Shown here: piece after piece, positions 52,866-64,000 of the stretch
How positions within the stretch are numbered: position 1 is the stretch's first letter
Layout: each line of letters begins with the position of its first letter
Assembly (NCBI GenBank): GCA_002104945.1
Contig: MCFH01000002.1
Coordinates: 930,001-994,000 of the forward strand
Source: Piromyces finnis finn
Taxonomy: Eukaryota; Fungi; Neocallimastigomycota
Length of the DNA stretch: 64,000 bases
Direction of reading: 5' to 3'
Position numbers and translations under genes: made by a program
Notes under the pieces: generated by a model
Seen by the model: only the letters and a program-made list of their open reading frames with translations
Databases searched by the model: none
Told to the model about the DNA's origin: nothing

Positions 52866-53066
52866 AAAACATGCTTTTTTGTATATTTTTATGTATATAA
52901 ATATTTACAATGTTTACAATGTTTCATTTAAATTTGAGTTTTTTTATTATCATTATTATTATTTTTTAACTATATAAAAAAAAAAAAAAAATACTTTATA
53001 TTCTATTATTTTATTTTTTATTTTTATTTAATTCTTCAATATTAGTTTTCTTTTTTTTTTTTTTAT

Positions 53067-54354
53067 TTATTCCCAATTTCCCCAGTCATCATCACTATCT
53101 TCATTTTTTTTATCATCAGTGGTAACATCTCCAACTGGTACAGAAGAATTAGCATTTAAATTAGTAGTAGTTTTTGGTTTTTCTTCTTTTTTGATATCAC
53201 CTTCAGGTGTCTTTTCATCGTCATCAGAGTCCCACTTAATTTCTTCTTCTTGACCAATATTTGCAGCAACATCTTTTTATAATACATAATAATTAATATA
53301 TTTTTATTATATACCAAATTCAACTAATAATTATACTATTTTTATAAATTTTATTATATTACCTTTAACTAATTGCTTTTTTTGTTTTTCTGAATCTTCT
53401 AATTCTTTTAATTTGAAGAAATAGCGTTGCCAGAATATTTCTTCTGGAAGACGTGCTGGAACTTTTTTTTAAATTAATTAAAATATATTTATTATTATAA
53501 TTTTATTTTTAGTTTTATGTAAAATTGTATAGTATAAATTTAAGAAATATATACCAATGGTTGAATGATGTGTTTTTACTTCTTCTACTTCATCAAGTAA
53601 TTTATCGATTTCTGTATGATATGAAAATAAATCAAATGATTGAGTAAACTTTTTAAATTCTTGAATTCTTTCAATAGAACTATCTGGATCATATAATGGG
53701 TCAATTAAGTAGGTTAGTGGGTCACTTTGAAGTTCATAAATTAATGCTTCCTTTCTGTCAAAACTGTTTGATTAATATTTTTATTCAGTATTTACAAATC
53801 ATATTATTGTATTATTAATAAATATAATATATATATAATAAATTTTAAAATAAAAAATATATATTGAAATAAATAATAATATAAATTTCATTAAAAACTT
53901 GAATTTGAGTTTTGAAATTACTAAATATAGTTTATTATTACATCTTTTTCTTTTTTTGTGGTGTTTCTTGCTTATTCATGTTTAATAAGGAATTAATTCC
54001 AGTACTCATTTTATTTATTAAACTACTATTTCTTTTTGCATACAATGCAGTTCTTTCATGTTCTTTTGGAACTTCTTTTTCGTTATCATTGTCAACTGAA
54101 GTAGTTACGTCGGTTTCTGGTTTCTTTGTCATACTATTAATTTTCTGTTTTAAATTTTGTGATTCAGTAGTTATGGTTGTAACGAATTCAGATAAATCCC
54201 TTTATAATTATGTTTTGATTATATTAATTAAATGAAATCCAGTATTTATTTTTTTTTTTTAGAATAAATATATAATAATATAATAATAATAACAAACTAA
54301 TAAAAAATATATATATACTTTTGATATACTTCTTTAACTGTTTCAGACTATTAA

Positions 54355-54385
<31 letters not shown>

Positions 54386-54766
54386 GAAAAAGATAATTCA
54401 AAATTTAAAAATTTAAAAAAATATTAAATTAAAATATTATGTATATATATATTATCTTATTTTTAATTAGAAGCTTACTTGTTTTTTAACATTTTCAATA
54501 ACTTTTGATAAAGAAAAGGTTTTCCAACGAGAATATATTGGAGAAAATGTTGAATTATTTTCTTGTGTTGTTGAAGTATTAGTATTATTATCTTTGTTAG
54601 ATTCTGCTGAAGCAACTTGGGTTTGGTTCGACTCTAATTGATTTATTTTTTCATTTTCTTCATTTTTAACCCCAACCTTTGATTCCTGAACATTTTCTGG
54701 AACATCTGTTTCATTCTTAACTTCTTTAATTTCAGTTGTTATTGTATTACTTTTATCTTCTTCCAT
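53067..54766 (-). CDS. BSD-domain protein (Dos2/BSDC1-like), about 6 exons
   Basis: The assembled frame contains DLSEF, LQSDPLTYL, VPARLPEEIFWQRYFFKL (BSD core FW-x-RYF) and an acidic tail ending DDDWGNWE. Confidence 0.85.
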
Positions 54767-54852
54767 TTTTATTAAACTTTTATTTATATTATTTTAAAAA
54801 AAATAATAATAATAATAATATAAAACAATATTAAATAAAAATAAAAAAATTT

Positions 54853-54917
54853 ATTTGAATTTAAAAATTGAATTTGAATTTAAAAAATGAATTTGAATTT
54901 AAAAAATGAATTTGAAT
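54853..54917. repeat. Minisatellite, about 3 copies of TGAATTTGAATTTAAAAA(A)
   Basis: Direct reading; lies in the divergent intergenic region between the BSD and zinc-knuckle genes. Confidence 0.75.
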
Positions 54918-55253
54918 ACAAATAATAAATAAAATAAATATTGAAATTCCTTTAAATATTATAATGTATATTTATAATAATTAATATAACAAAAACCTTT
55001 CGTTATAAATACCTTTAATATTGAATAATTAAAATGTTATAAAGTAAATAAAGAATAAATAAGGGAAAAAATATATTAACAAAAAAACATAATTTGTTAA
55101 TTATTATTTATCACATGAATTTAATTTATATAATTAAAATTATATTCAATAAAATATTTTTATGTATTATTTATGTATATACAGAAATTTTATTAAAATT
55201 AAAAATTCGTTTTTTTAAAAAAATATATATTGTATATTAAAATTAATCTAGAA

Positions 55254-55926
55254 ATGGATGAAGAAAAAAAAGGTTTAGATGCTTTTTCAAGATTAAGTTC
55301 AGGAAAAAACCAAGGACAAGCCCAATTAAGTTGTAAAAAATGTGGAGGAGGTATAAAATAACAGTAAATAACATTATTATTTCCTTTTTTTATTTCAATA
55401 ATATTAAAATGTTGATAAAATATAATTAATTTAATAATTAATTGTCAATAACTATTTTTTTTTTTTTTACTTTGTTCTTATAATATTATTTTAAAATTAT
55501 TAATTAAAAGCTGGACATTTTACCTTTCAATGTAGAAATACAATAAAATTATCACCAATTAAAAAGAAAGAATTAACCCCATTAGAACAATTTATACAGA
55601 AAAAAAGAGAAAATCTCCAGGAAATGATAAAATCATCAAAAAAGCATTCTCATTCACATTCAGATTCAGATTCTTCAGATAGTGAAAGTTCATATAGTAG
55701 TGATTCCTCATCAGATTATCATAAAAAGAAAAGAAGAAAGCATCATTCTTCTAAAAACAAACATCATAAGCGCAAGCATAGAAAATATGATAGTTCAGAT
55801 GATTCTGATTCTGATTCTGATTATGATAGTTATGATGATAGTGAAAGTGACAGTAAAAGTAGAAAGCGTAAAACAAAGCATTCTTCTCATTCACATAAAA
55901 AAAAGCATCATAAAAGAAGACATTAA
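55254..55926 (+). CDS. CCHC zinc-knuckle protein with a Ser/Asp/His/Lys-rich tail (SREK1IP1/CXIP4-like); exons 55254-55350, 55511-55926
   Basis: Splicing forms CKKCGGAGHFTFQCRN (C-X2-C-X4-H-X4-C), followed by SDSDS and KKH/R low-complexity tracts. Confidence 0.85.
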
Positions 55927-58900
55927 AATTAATTTATTCATTTATAATAATAATAATAATAGAGATTATATAATAAAAATTCTCTAAACTTTTTTTTTTT
56001 TTTCGTTTTTTTGGATAAGAATTCAAGATTTAAATTAACTTCAGTTTATAATATACCATTTATTTAATTATAGCATTAATATTTAATAAAAATAATTTTT
56101 TTTAAAAGCATATAAAATTATTTTAAATCATTAATAGTTATTTAACATTACCAAAAATAAAAATAAAATATAAATAATCTTTAATATATATAACACTTTG
56201 AATAATATATTTTTTAAAAAATATCAATTTATAATGATGTATTGATATTGTTACAAGTTATTTATTAAAAAAAAATACGATAATATATAATGTTTTCCAT
56301 TTTAAAAAATATTTTCATTATTTAAAAGATAACTAATTAATTTATAAATAATTCATAAGAATTATAATATTTATGCGATATTCTAATTTTATTATTATTA
56401 ATGATATCAATTATACTATTTCTGTATATATATTTTAAAAGAAAAAAAGAATATATAAATCCATTAAATGATAGTTACATCTTTATAATATATAAATTTT
56501 TATTAAATTAAATAGTAGTTTAATAACTATACAAGATTACATCTTTTAATAAACAGATAAAACAAATTAGAAATTGGAAATGATAGCACTGTATTTATTA
56601 AGCACTCTAATGATATCAACATATTTATCATCATTTGCAAAAATATGTTTTCGCAAGATCATCTATATGAAACGAATTTTAAAACTTTTTAGTTTTTTTT
56701 TTTTTTTTTTTTTATACTGCCTCAAGGATATATTGTTAACTGAAAATAAAAATTTTACCAAAAAGAAGCATAAAAATGTAGAAATAAATTATTTATCTTG
56801 TTATTATTAAGTGCTAATTCATGCAGTGTCTTTTACAGTGAAAATTATAATCTTTTCAATAATAATTGTTTTTAAAATACATTTTGTTTTAATAGTATAA
56901 GAAGTTGATAAAAATTTTTATTGAGTTAGTAGATAATTACGACTGATAATCCAACAATAATAATAATAAATGAAGTTAATATTACAATTAAAATATATAT
57001 ATATCAATTTTATTTCTTTTTTAATTGCTTTATTTTTAATATTAAGTTTTTAAGTAAATATAAATAGTAAATCTTTTTTACTTTTTTTTTTTATCTTTAA
57101 GAAAAAAATAATAATTAAATAAAGAATTATGAAAAAAGAAACTTTAATATTAATAAATTAAAAAAAAAATATTTATAATATTATTTACATTTAAACTATT
57201 TTTTTATTATAAAAAATAATATTCATAGAATATTCCATCATAAAAACAATTGACATAGATCACACTGACAATATTAACAATATTTAAATATAAAAAAAAA
57301 AAAAAAAAAGGAATAAGAAAATAAAGACAATTTTATTTAATGTTGATATATAGACAAAGTTTATTTATTTACATTTAGTATTATATTTATATTCATTATT
57401 ATATACAATTATATTAAAAAAAAGAGAGAGAGAGAGAGAGAAATAATAAGTTTTATTTTTTATTTAATTTATTTTAACGGTTGAAGATCTTGGAATAATA
57501 TAATACATAGATAAAATAAAAATTATTAAATGATTATACTATTGAAAAAAAAAAAAAAAAAAAAGGAAAAGTAATATATTTTAGTTATAATTGTTTTTTG
57601 GAATACATTTTAACTTTTGATAATATTTTCATTAAAGAAGATAAAAGGTAAAAGTTTCAGCTTTATAATTATAAATAGCAACAACATACAGTATATTATT
57701 TTTAGTAGTAGTATAATAATTAGAAATTATACAACAAGAACAAGAAAAGTTGAATTTTATTTAAATTTTTTCCTATTTAAAACAGGCCATTTGATAGAAT
57801 CGTTTGGAATTTTTTAACTCTTTAATTTATAATTAAAATGATAAAAATTAAAGATAATTTAAATTTCTTTCTTACATGAAAGTATATAAAAATAACAAAT
57901 ACAATATAAAGATGATGATTTCTAATGTGTTTAAAAATATATATATATTTTTAATAACTTATTTGCCTATATATATGAGGAGATTGATCTATATATCAAA
58001 ATGTTTTTCATTGTATGTATAGAATTTTTATTGAATATTAATAAGTTATACTATATTTATATATTCAAATATAAAACATAGAATGATAAAAATATTGCAT
58101 TTTTAATATATTAATATTTATTTATTTATATCCTATTATTTGAATGTTATATTCATTTAATGTAATTATTAAAATACGCCGTATATTATATGTATCCATT
58201 TATAATTTATATAAATGTGTATTAATATATTAATAATTGTATTTTAATTTCCTTTTATGTTATAGAGGTTAAAATTAAAATCATAAATTGAAAATAAGGT
58301 TTTATTATGTATATTTAATGATAATAAGTTGAATTAAAATGCCTTTTTTTTATTATTATTACTATTATATATATATCTTCAATAGAAAAAAAATATATAT
58401 ATATTCATTAATAATTTATAATGTAGATAAAAAAAATATATAAAGCATTCAAATATATTATTTAATTTCTTAATAATTAATTTAATTCAAATATGCTTTT
58501 TTGAGAAATAAATTTATAATAATTAAAAATAATCACTATGAAGATTATGAAACATCGGTCTTTTATTAACAAATACTTAATTATCGAACAACTATTAGTT
58601 AAAGAGTTTATACTTTTAAGAGAGGTAGTATTTTTACCTAAATCGTCAAACCCATGGTATTATAATAATAAATATAATACTTAATTTATTATTAACAATA
58701 TTTTAATTAGCATATAGTTTTACAAAGTCAAAATTATTTCAATATTTCTGTTATTATTATTGAATTTCCTCTTTTTTTCTTTTTTTTTTTTTTTTTTTTT
58801 TGCTTTTATTTTTTTTTTTATTTGTTATTTTTTATTAACTTTTTATTTTATTTGTTAATTTTTTTATTTTATTTTTTTTTTCGAATAAGTAATATTAAAA

Positions 58901-59286
58901 ATAAAAAATTCTTATAAAAATATTTATATATATATATATAGAATTTTTTTCGTTCAGAATAAGAATAAAAAAGAATATAAAACTGTATAAATAAAGGAAT
59001 ATATATAATATATAATTAAAAAATATTATATAAAATAGATTTAATTATTATACTATAATTTCCTTTTATTTTATAAAATAATACTATTAATTTTATTAAC
59101 AGTTTTTTTTTATCTTTTTTATTTTATCTTATTTTTTCGTATACTATAAAAATTAATATTTATAAATAATATATGTTCGTCCGTAAAAATAATTAAATAG
59201 TTTATTATATATTAATAAATATTATATGTGGATTAAATTGAGGTAAAGAATAAAAAAATAAATACAGTATATATTATTGAATCATT

Positions 59287-60761
59287 TTATTCTTCAACCT
59301 TATTGATTTCAATATTTTCTTCCTTTTCAATTTCTTCATCAACCTTTGAATACCACATCTTTATTTTTTCATTTAATAAATCATCATTACTTTTTTCTGC
59401 TGGTGGTGGGGTAATAATTATATCATTAGTAATTGGAATAGCCATTGGTTCATCAGAGGTAATTGGTGTAGCTGAAAGAGCTGGTGAACCTGGAACAGCT
59501 GGATTAGTAAAGACCTTCTTTTCTTCCTTAGCAGGAGTTGTAGACTTCTTGGTTTGGGTTGGTCTTTCCCATGGTAAACGAACTTCTGATGCACCAAATG
59601 ATCTTTCAGAATCAAATGATGGAGTTGGTGAACCATGTCTTTCATAAGCTGGAGACCATGGACGTTCTGAAGCTGGAGACCATGGACGACCACCTAATAA
59701 TGGAGAAGATCTTCCATAATAACAATATCCAGATGGAGTAAGTGGTCTTGGTAAAAGTTGGGTTATATCGTTGGTTTGGGCATCTTCAAATGCCTTTCTA
59801 CGAGAGCGGAATTCATCATTACTAACAAATTGATTATTTCTACCAACTTGAGAAAGAATATTCTACAATTATTTAATAATAAAAATTAAATTATTAAATA
59901 AGATTACTTTGTGTTCCTTTTTTTTTTAAAAAAAAAAAAAAGAATAAAGAATTATTAATAATTTTATAGTAATTACTGTATTTACAAAAATTATATTATT
60001 TATATTAATAATATAATAAATAAATGGTAAATACAGTATTACTTTCCAACATTATAAAAGCTCTGAAATTTTATGATTTCTTATATTTTATATTATATTT
60101 TATTAATTTACCTTAAGACTGTTTGATTTTGGAGCACTAAAGCCAGCTGAACCGGTAAGAGTTTTTGGTACGTCATCTGATATCTTAGTTATAAATGGTC
60201 TTAAATTAGTAGTACTTGAATTTGTAGTTTTGGAACTAGAAGTTTTATTACTAGCATTTGAAGAAGGATCTCTTGAAAATGATGCAGAACTTGTAGATTT
60301 AATTGGTCTGAATTTTGGTTCTGGTTTTAAATTACTTGTGTATCTGTTAGTAACATGACTTGGAGAAAAACTCTTTTTAGCATTTTTACTTTCATTTTGA
60401 GCCATTTCTAAAAAGAATCTTCTTCTTGCTAAAAATTCATCTTTTCCTACACCGACATCTTTTTTGTCTTTGTTATTGAAAATACTCTGAAATTTAAATA
60501 TACATTATAAATAACAATAATAATAACATTAATAATAATTTTAAATAATTAATATACTTTGTATTAAAATATTTCTTTCCATTTTGCAATAATATTTATT
60601 ATATTATTATTTTTTGTAATTTATTTTGTATATTTTATATTAAATATCATACTTTTTGAAAAGTTTATATATTTTTATTTATATCATAATAATATTAAAT
60701 AAATTTATTATTTTTATTCTTATATATTATATACCTTGTATGCGTTAGAATTTGTAGACAT
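59287..60761 (-). CDS. Hypothetical disordered Ser/Pro-rich protein, 325 aa; exons 60761-60735, 60486-60112, 59862-59287
   Basis: Three phase-0 GT-AG-joined exons (27, 375 and 576 nt) are open, from MSTNSNAYK to EINKVEE*. GC is coding-like. No domain recognised. Confidence 0.75.
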
Positions 60762-62648
60762 CTTTGATTCTTTATATATTAATTGAATAGTATATTTTAA
60801 TATTTATTTATTTATTTGACTTTAAAGTTTAATTTTGAAAATAAATATTATCAATTTAATTTATTCTAAAAAGTTTTTTTTTTAGTTTATCCTTTTTATT
60901 AATTGTTATTTACAAGTTGTAATAATATTTTTCTAATAAAACTATTATATATATATTTTTTTCTAAAAAAAAATACTAAATTAATTGATATATGCAAAAT
61001 TTTTAAATTAGAAAAAAAAGGCTTATAGTTATTTTAAATAAAATATTTATATTCCTTTTGAAATCTTTTTTAATTTATGTTAAAATTATATACATATATA
61101 TATAATTAATTTAATATTTTTTTTGTAAGAAAGAAAAAAATGAATATTTTCCTTCTTTTTGTTTTTTTTTATTTTTAATTTGTTATTCTTATTCTTATTA
61201 TTTTTTTTTTTTATATTAAGTTATTATTAAGTTTTTAATTTAATAATAATTCTTAAATATAAAAAATGTTTTTATTTTATTTATTTTTATTTCTTTTTAT
61301 TTTTAATTTTTTTAAAATAAAAAAAAAAAAAAAAAATGAATATTATGAATATTTTTATTTCATTTTTTAAGATTATATTAAATTATTAATTATAATTTAT
61401 TTAATATATTAAAGTAGACTTTAATATATGGTAATATGTTTTAGTGCAACCATACTCTTTAATTAAAAGTCAAAAAATACTTTTTTTTATATAAATTTTA
61501 TGGGTATTATTAGTTATTAAATATTGGAAATAGAAAAATGTGTAATAATTTAAATTATATATAAATAAATAATAAAAAAACTATTAACAATATTTTATTG
61601 TATTTATTTTTATATAGAGGTAACAAACAATCTGTATATAGAAATTTATCTTCTTTTAAAATAGTAATCAATTTACTATAATTATATTTTTTATCATAAT
61701 TATTTTATATTAATATAAATTAAAAATTAAAACCAGTTTTTTAATATTTTATATCTTTATTTTCCTCTATTAAAACTATTTTTTATATATTTTGATAATA
61801 TATTAAATATATATTAAATTATATATTATAAATATATTTATTTATGCTTTTTCCATTTATTTTTAATTAAATGTTTTATATTAAATTAAATACAATAGGA
61901 TTTATGATCATTTATTTTAAAAATATTCATTTTATATAAATTGCTAAATTTATAAAACAAATATATTAAATCCTATTCAAATAATTTGTTTAAATATAGA
62001 AATTTATGTTGTACCAAAAAATACAATGATCATAATTTAATTAAATATTAGATTAATGTATACATTATTATGTATTACAAAATCTTTCTATCCTAATCGT
62101 AGGTGAAAGCAATTTCAAAACTATTTATATTTTTTAAAGTAATTAATAATACTATCTATATTAATGAAATAGTCTATATCATGACATAAAAGCATATATA
62201 ATATATTAAAACGAGTTATTGTTAATAGAATTTATTTGAATATAATGATTATATATAATAAAATCATTTTGTGGATTATAAATAATGTTAGAAAAAAAAA
62301 AAGATAAAACTATATGTCATATAGTTTTATCTTTTTTTTTTCTAAGTATATTTTATAAGATATATTTTGTATTTAACTTGTTATTTTCTGATTAATTCAT
62401 ATCAATGTTTTAATGAATATGTGTGTGCTAATATTAAAATAAACTACACATATATTCTAATAATAATATTAAGATTATAAAATAATATCAATGATTTTGT
62501 ATTTAAGTAATTGTATAAATAATTTCCTTTTTTACTTAAAATTAAATAATATAGTTTATAACAAAATTTAAAAATATTAATTAATTATTGCTTTTTAATT
62601 CCATATTAAATAAAATGACTATTACTATATTTTACTTGGTATTTTAAA

Positions 62649-62791
62649 GAATTAATATTTATCCTAGATTTTAGCCTGTTTTTTTACATTTTTTGAAATT
62701 TTCCTGGCTAAAGTTCTTACTAAGGTTAAATTTCTTCTGGCTAAAAAATCTGGCTAAAATCTTCAAAAAAATCTAGGATAAATATTAATTC
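62649..62791. mobile_element. MITE-like element with perfect 24-bp terminal inverted repeats
   Basis: GAATTAATATTTATCCTAGATTTT (62649-62672) is the exact reverse complement of 62768-62791. Internal CTGGCTAAA repeats are present. No TSD resolved. Confidence 0.6.
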
Positions 62792-63129
62792 ATAGAAAGT
62801 ATAAAAATCTAATTTTTTAACCAGTGTAACATACTAACAATTGATTTTTATCTAAAATTTATATTTGAATTATAAATTAAAAAAAATTATAATTTAATAC
62901 TAAAAAGGAAACATATACTCTGAATAAAATGGTCATTGTAAATGTGTAATAACCAATTTAGTTCCAATTTTTTGAAACACCAACCAATAATATGACTGCA
63001 TTCATATATTTTATTTTAGAATATAGTTTTATAAATAGAAAGAATAATTCATTTTTTATGTTTTTATTTATTTATTTAATTAAATACTTATAAATATATT
63101 ATTTTAGGTAATACTGATAATAAAAAAAA

Positions 63130-64000
63130 ATGAATAATATTAAAAATTTGTCCAGTAAGCCAGAAAGATATAAGAGTAATAATGAAAATCTATTCTCTAA
63201 CGAAACTATTTTAACTGGAGAAGATTTTGAAATCAGTGAATCATCGATAAATCAAAAGGGTACATTAATTGAGAAAGGTTCTGGAATCAATAAACCAATG
63301 ATGAACCAAACAAATACATTAACAGAAGAAAAACATGATACTGAAGAAACTTTAAAACCGTTGATGAGCCAAACAAATACATTAACTGAAGAAAAACATG
63401 ATACAGAAGAAACTTTAAATTTAAAAAATCTAATAATTGAAGAAGAAATAGAAGATGTAAAGACCGAAACTGAAAGTTTTACCCAGGATTTAACTAGAGG
63501 AGAAAATTCAGATGATGAAAAAGATATAAAACAATGTAGTAAGGACACAAAAATTTTATGTAATGATCAAATAGACAAAAAAGAAATACAAGATGAAATA
63601 ATATATATTAAGGAAAACGAAGAAAATAAAGAACTACAAAATACTACTGTGTATATATCTTTATCTTGTTTAAAACTGAATAGATTAAATCGTGAAAATA
63701 TAGAATTTGTTTCAGAGACAAATAACAAAGTAATTGAAATTTTGAATGATGAAATTGTTAAAGTAGTATCCGGAAATAATGAATATAATAATAATAAAAA
63801 CATTTTATCTATTGAAAATGAATTCAAATATTTATATAATAAAGATAAAATATTATTATATATTTTAAATTTAAATTTAGAAAAAGATGAAGAAAGATTC
63901 AAAATTAAAGTTACATGTAATAATGAAAAAATTATTTCAAAATATAGTTTTTGTATTAAAAAATATCAACAACTTTTTATTTTTTCACCTTCTTTTAAGT
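63130..64000 (+). CDS. Hypothetical protein, 5' part (open to window end), with a 21-aa tandem duplication
   Basis: ATG at 63130 follows an A-run. There are 290 codons with no stop up to 64000. It is missing from the ORF track because it is truncated. Confidence 0.75.
   Translation, partial: MNNIKNLSSKPERYKSNNENLFSNETILTGEDFEISESSINQKGTLIEKGSGINKPMMNQTNTLTEEKHDTEETLKPLMSQTNTLTEEKHDTEETLNLKNLIIEEEIEDVKTETESFTQDLTRGENSDDEKDIKQCSKDTKILCNDQIDKKEIQDEIIYIKENEENKELQNTTVYISLSCLKLNRLNRENIEFVSETNNKVIEILNDEIVKVVSGNNEYNNNKNILSIENEFKYLYNKDKILLYILNLNLEKDEERFKIKVTCNNEKIISKYSFCIKKYQQLFIFSPSFK

Noticed and set aside
56520-56830. Slightly GC-richer intergenic stretch as a decayed gene
   Set aside because: Only short frames are present, with no recognisable similarity to anything in the window or to a known family.

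Overview
This window is extremely AT-rich eukaryotic genomic DNA with GT-AG introns, long poly(A/T) tracts and microsatellites. Gene content and composition fit an anaerobic gut fungus (Neocallimastigomycota), which is an inference. The supplied ORF track fragments most genes, so I re-assembled gene models by hand from splice sites. Core genes: an intronless OGT/SEC-type O-GlcNAc transferase, a GATA zinc-finger factor, a SWIRM protein, an RWDD2-like protein, coatomer beta-prime (SEC27), TRAPPC2L, a Gag1-like clamp protein, eIF2B-gamma, a BSD-domain protein, a zinc-knuckle protein and two orphan genes. The 12.8-26.6 kb interval behaves like an accessory island. It holds four bacterial-type CPBP/Abi intramembrane protease copies (one canonical, one lacking the HxxxN motif, two pseudogenes not shown by the ORF track) and two tandem Cof-type HAD phosphatases. 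It also holds a tRNA-Ala(AGC)-derived SINE with a 13-bp target-site duplication, a poly(A) tail, a structured body and an internal intron-like segment. A 143-bp MITE-like element lies near the right edge. No rRNA, functional tRNA or CRISPR array was found.
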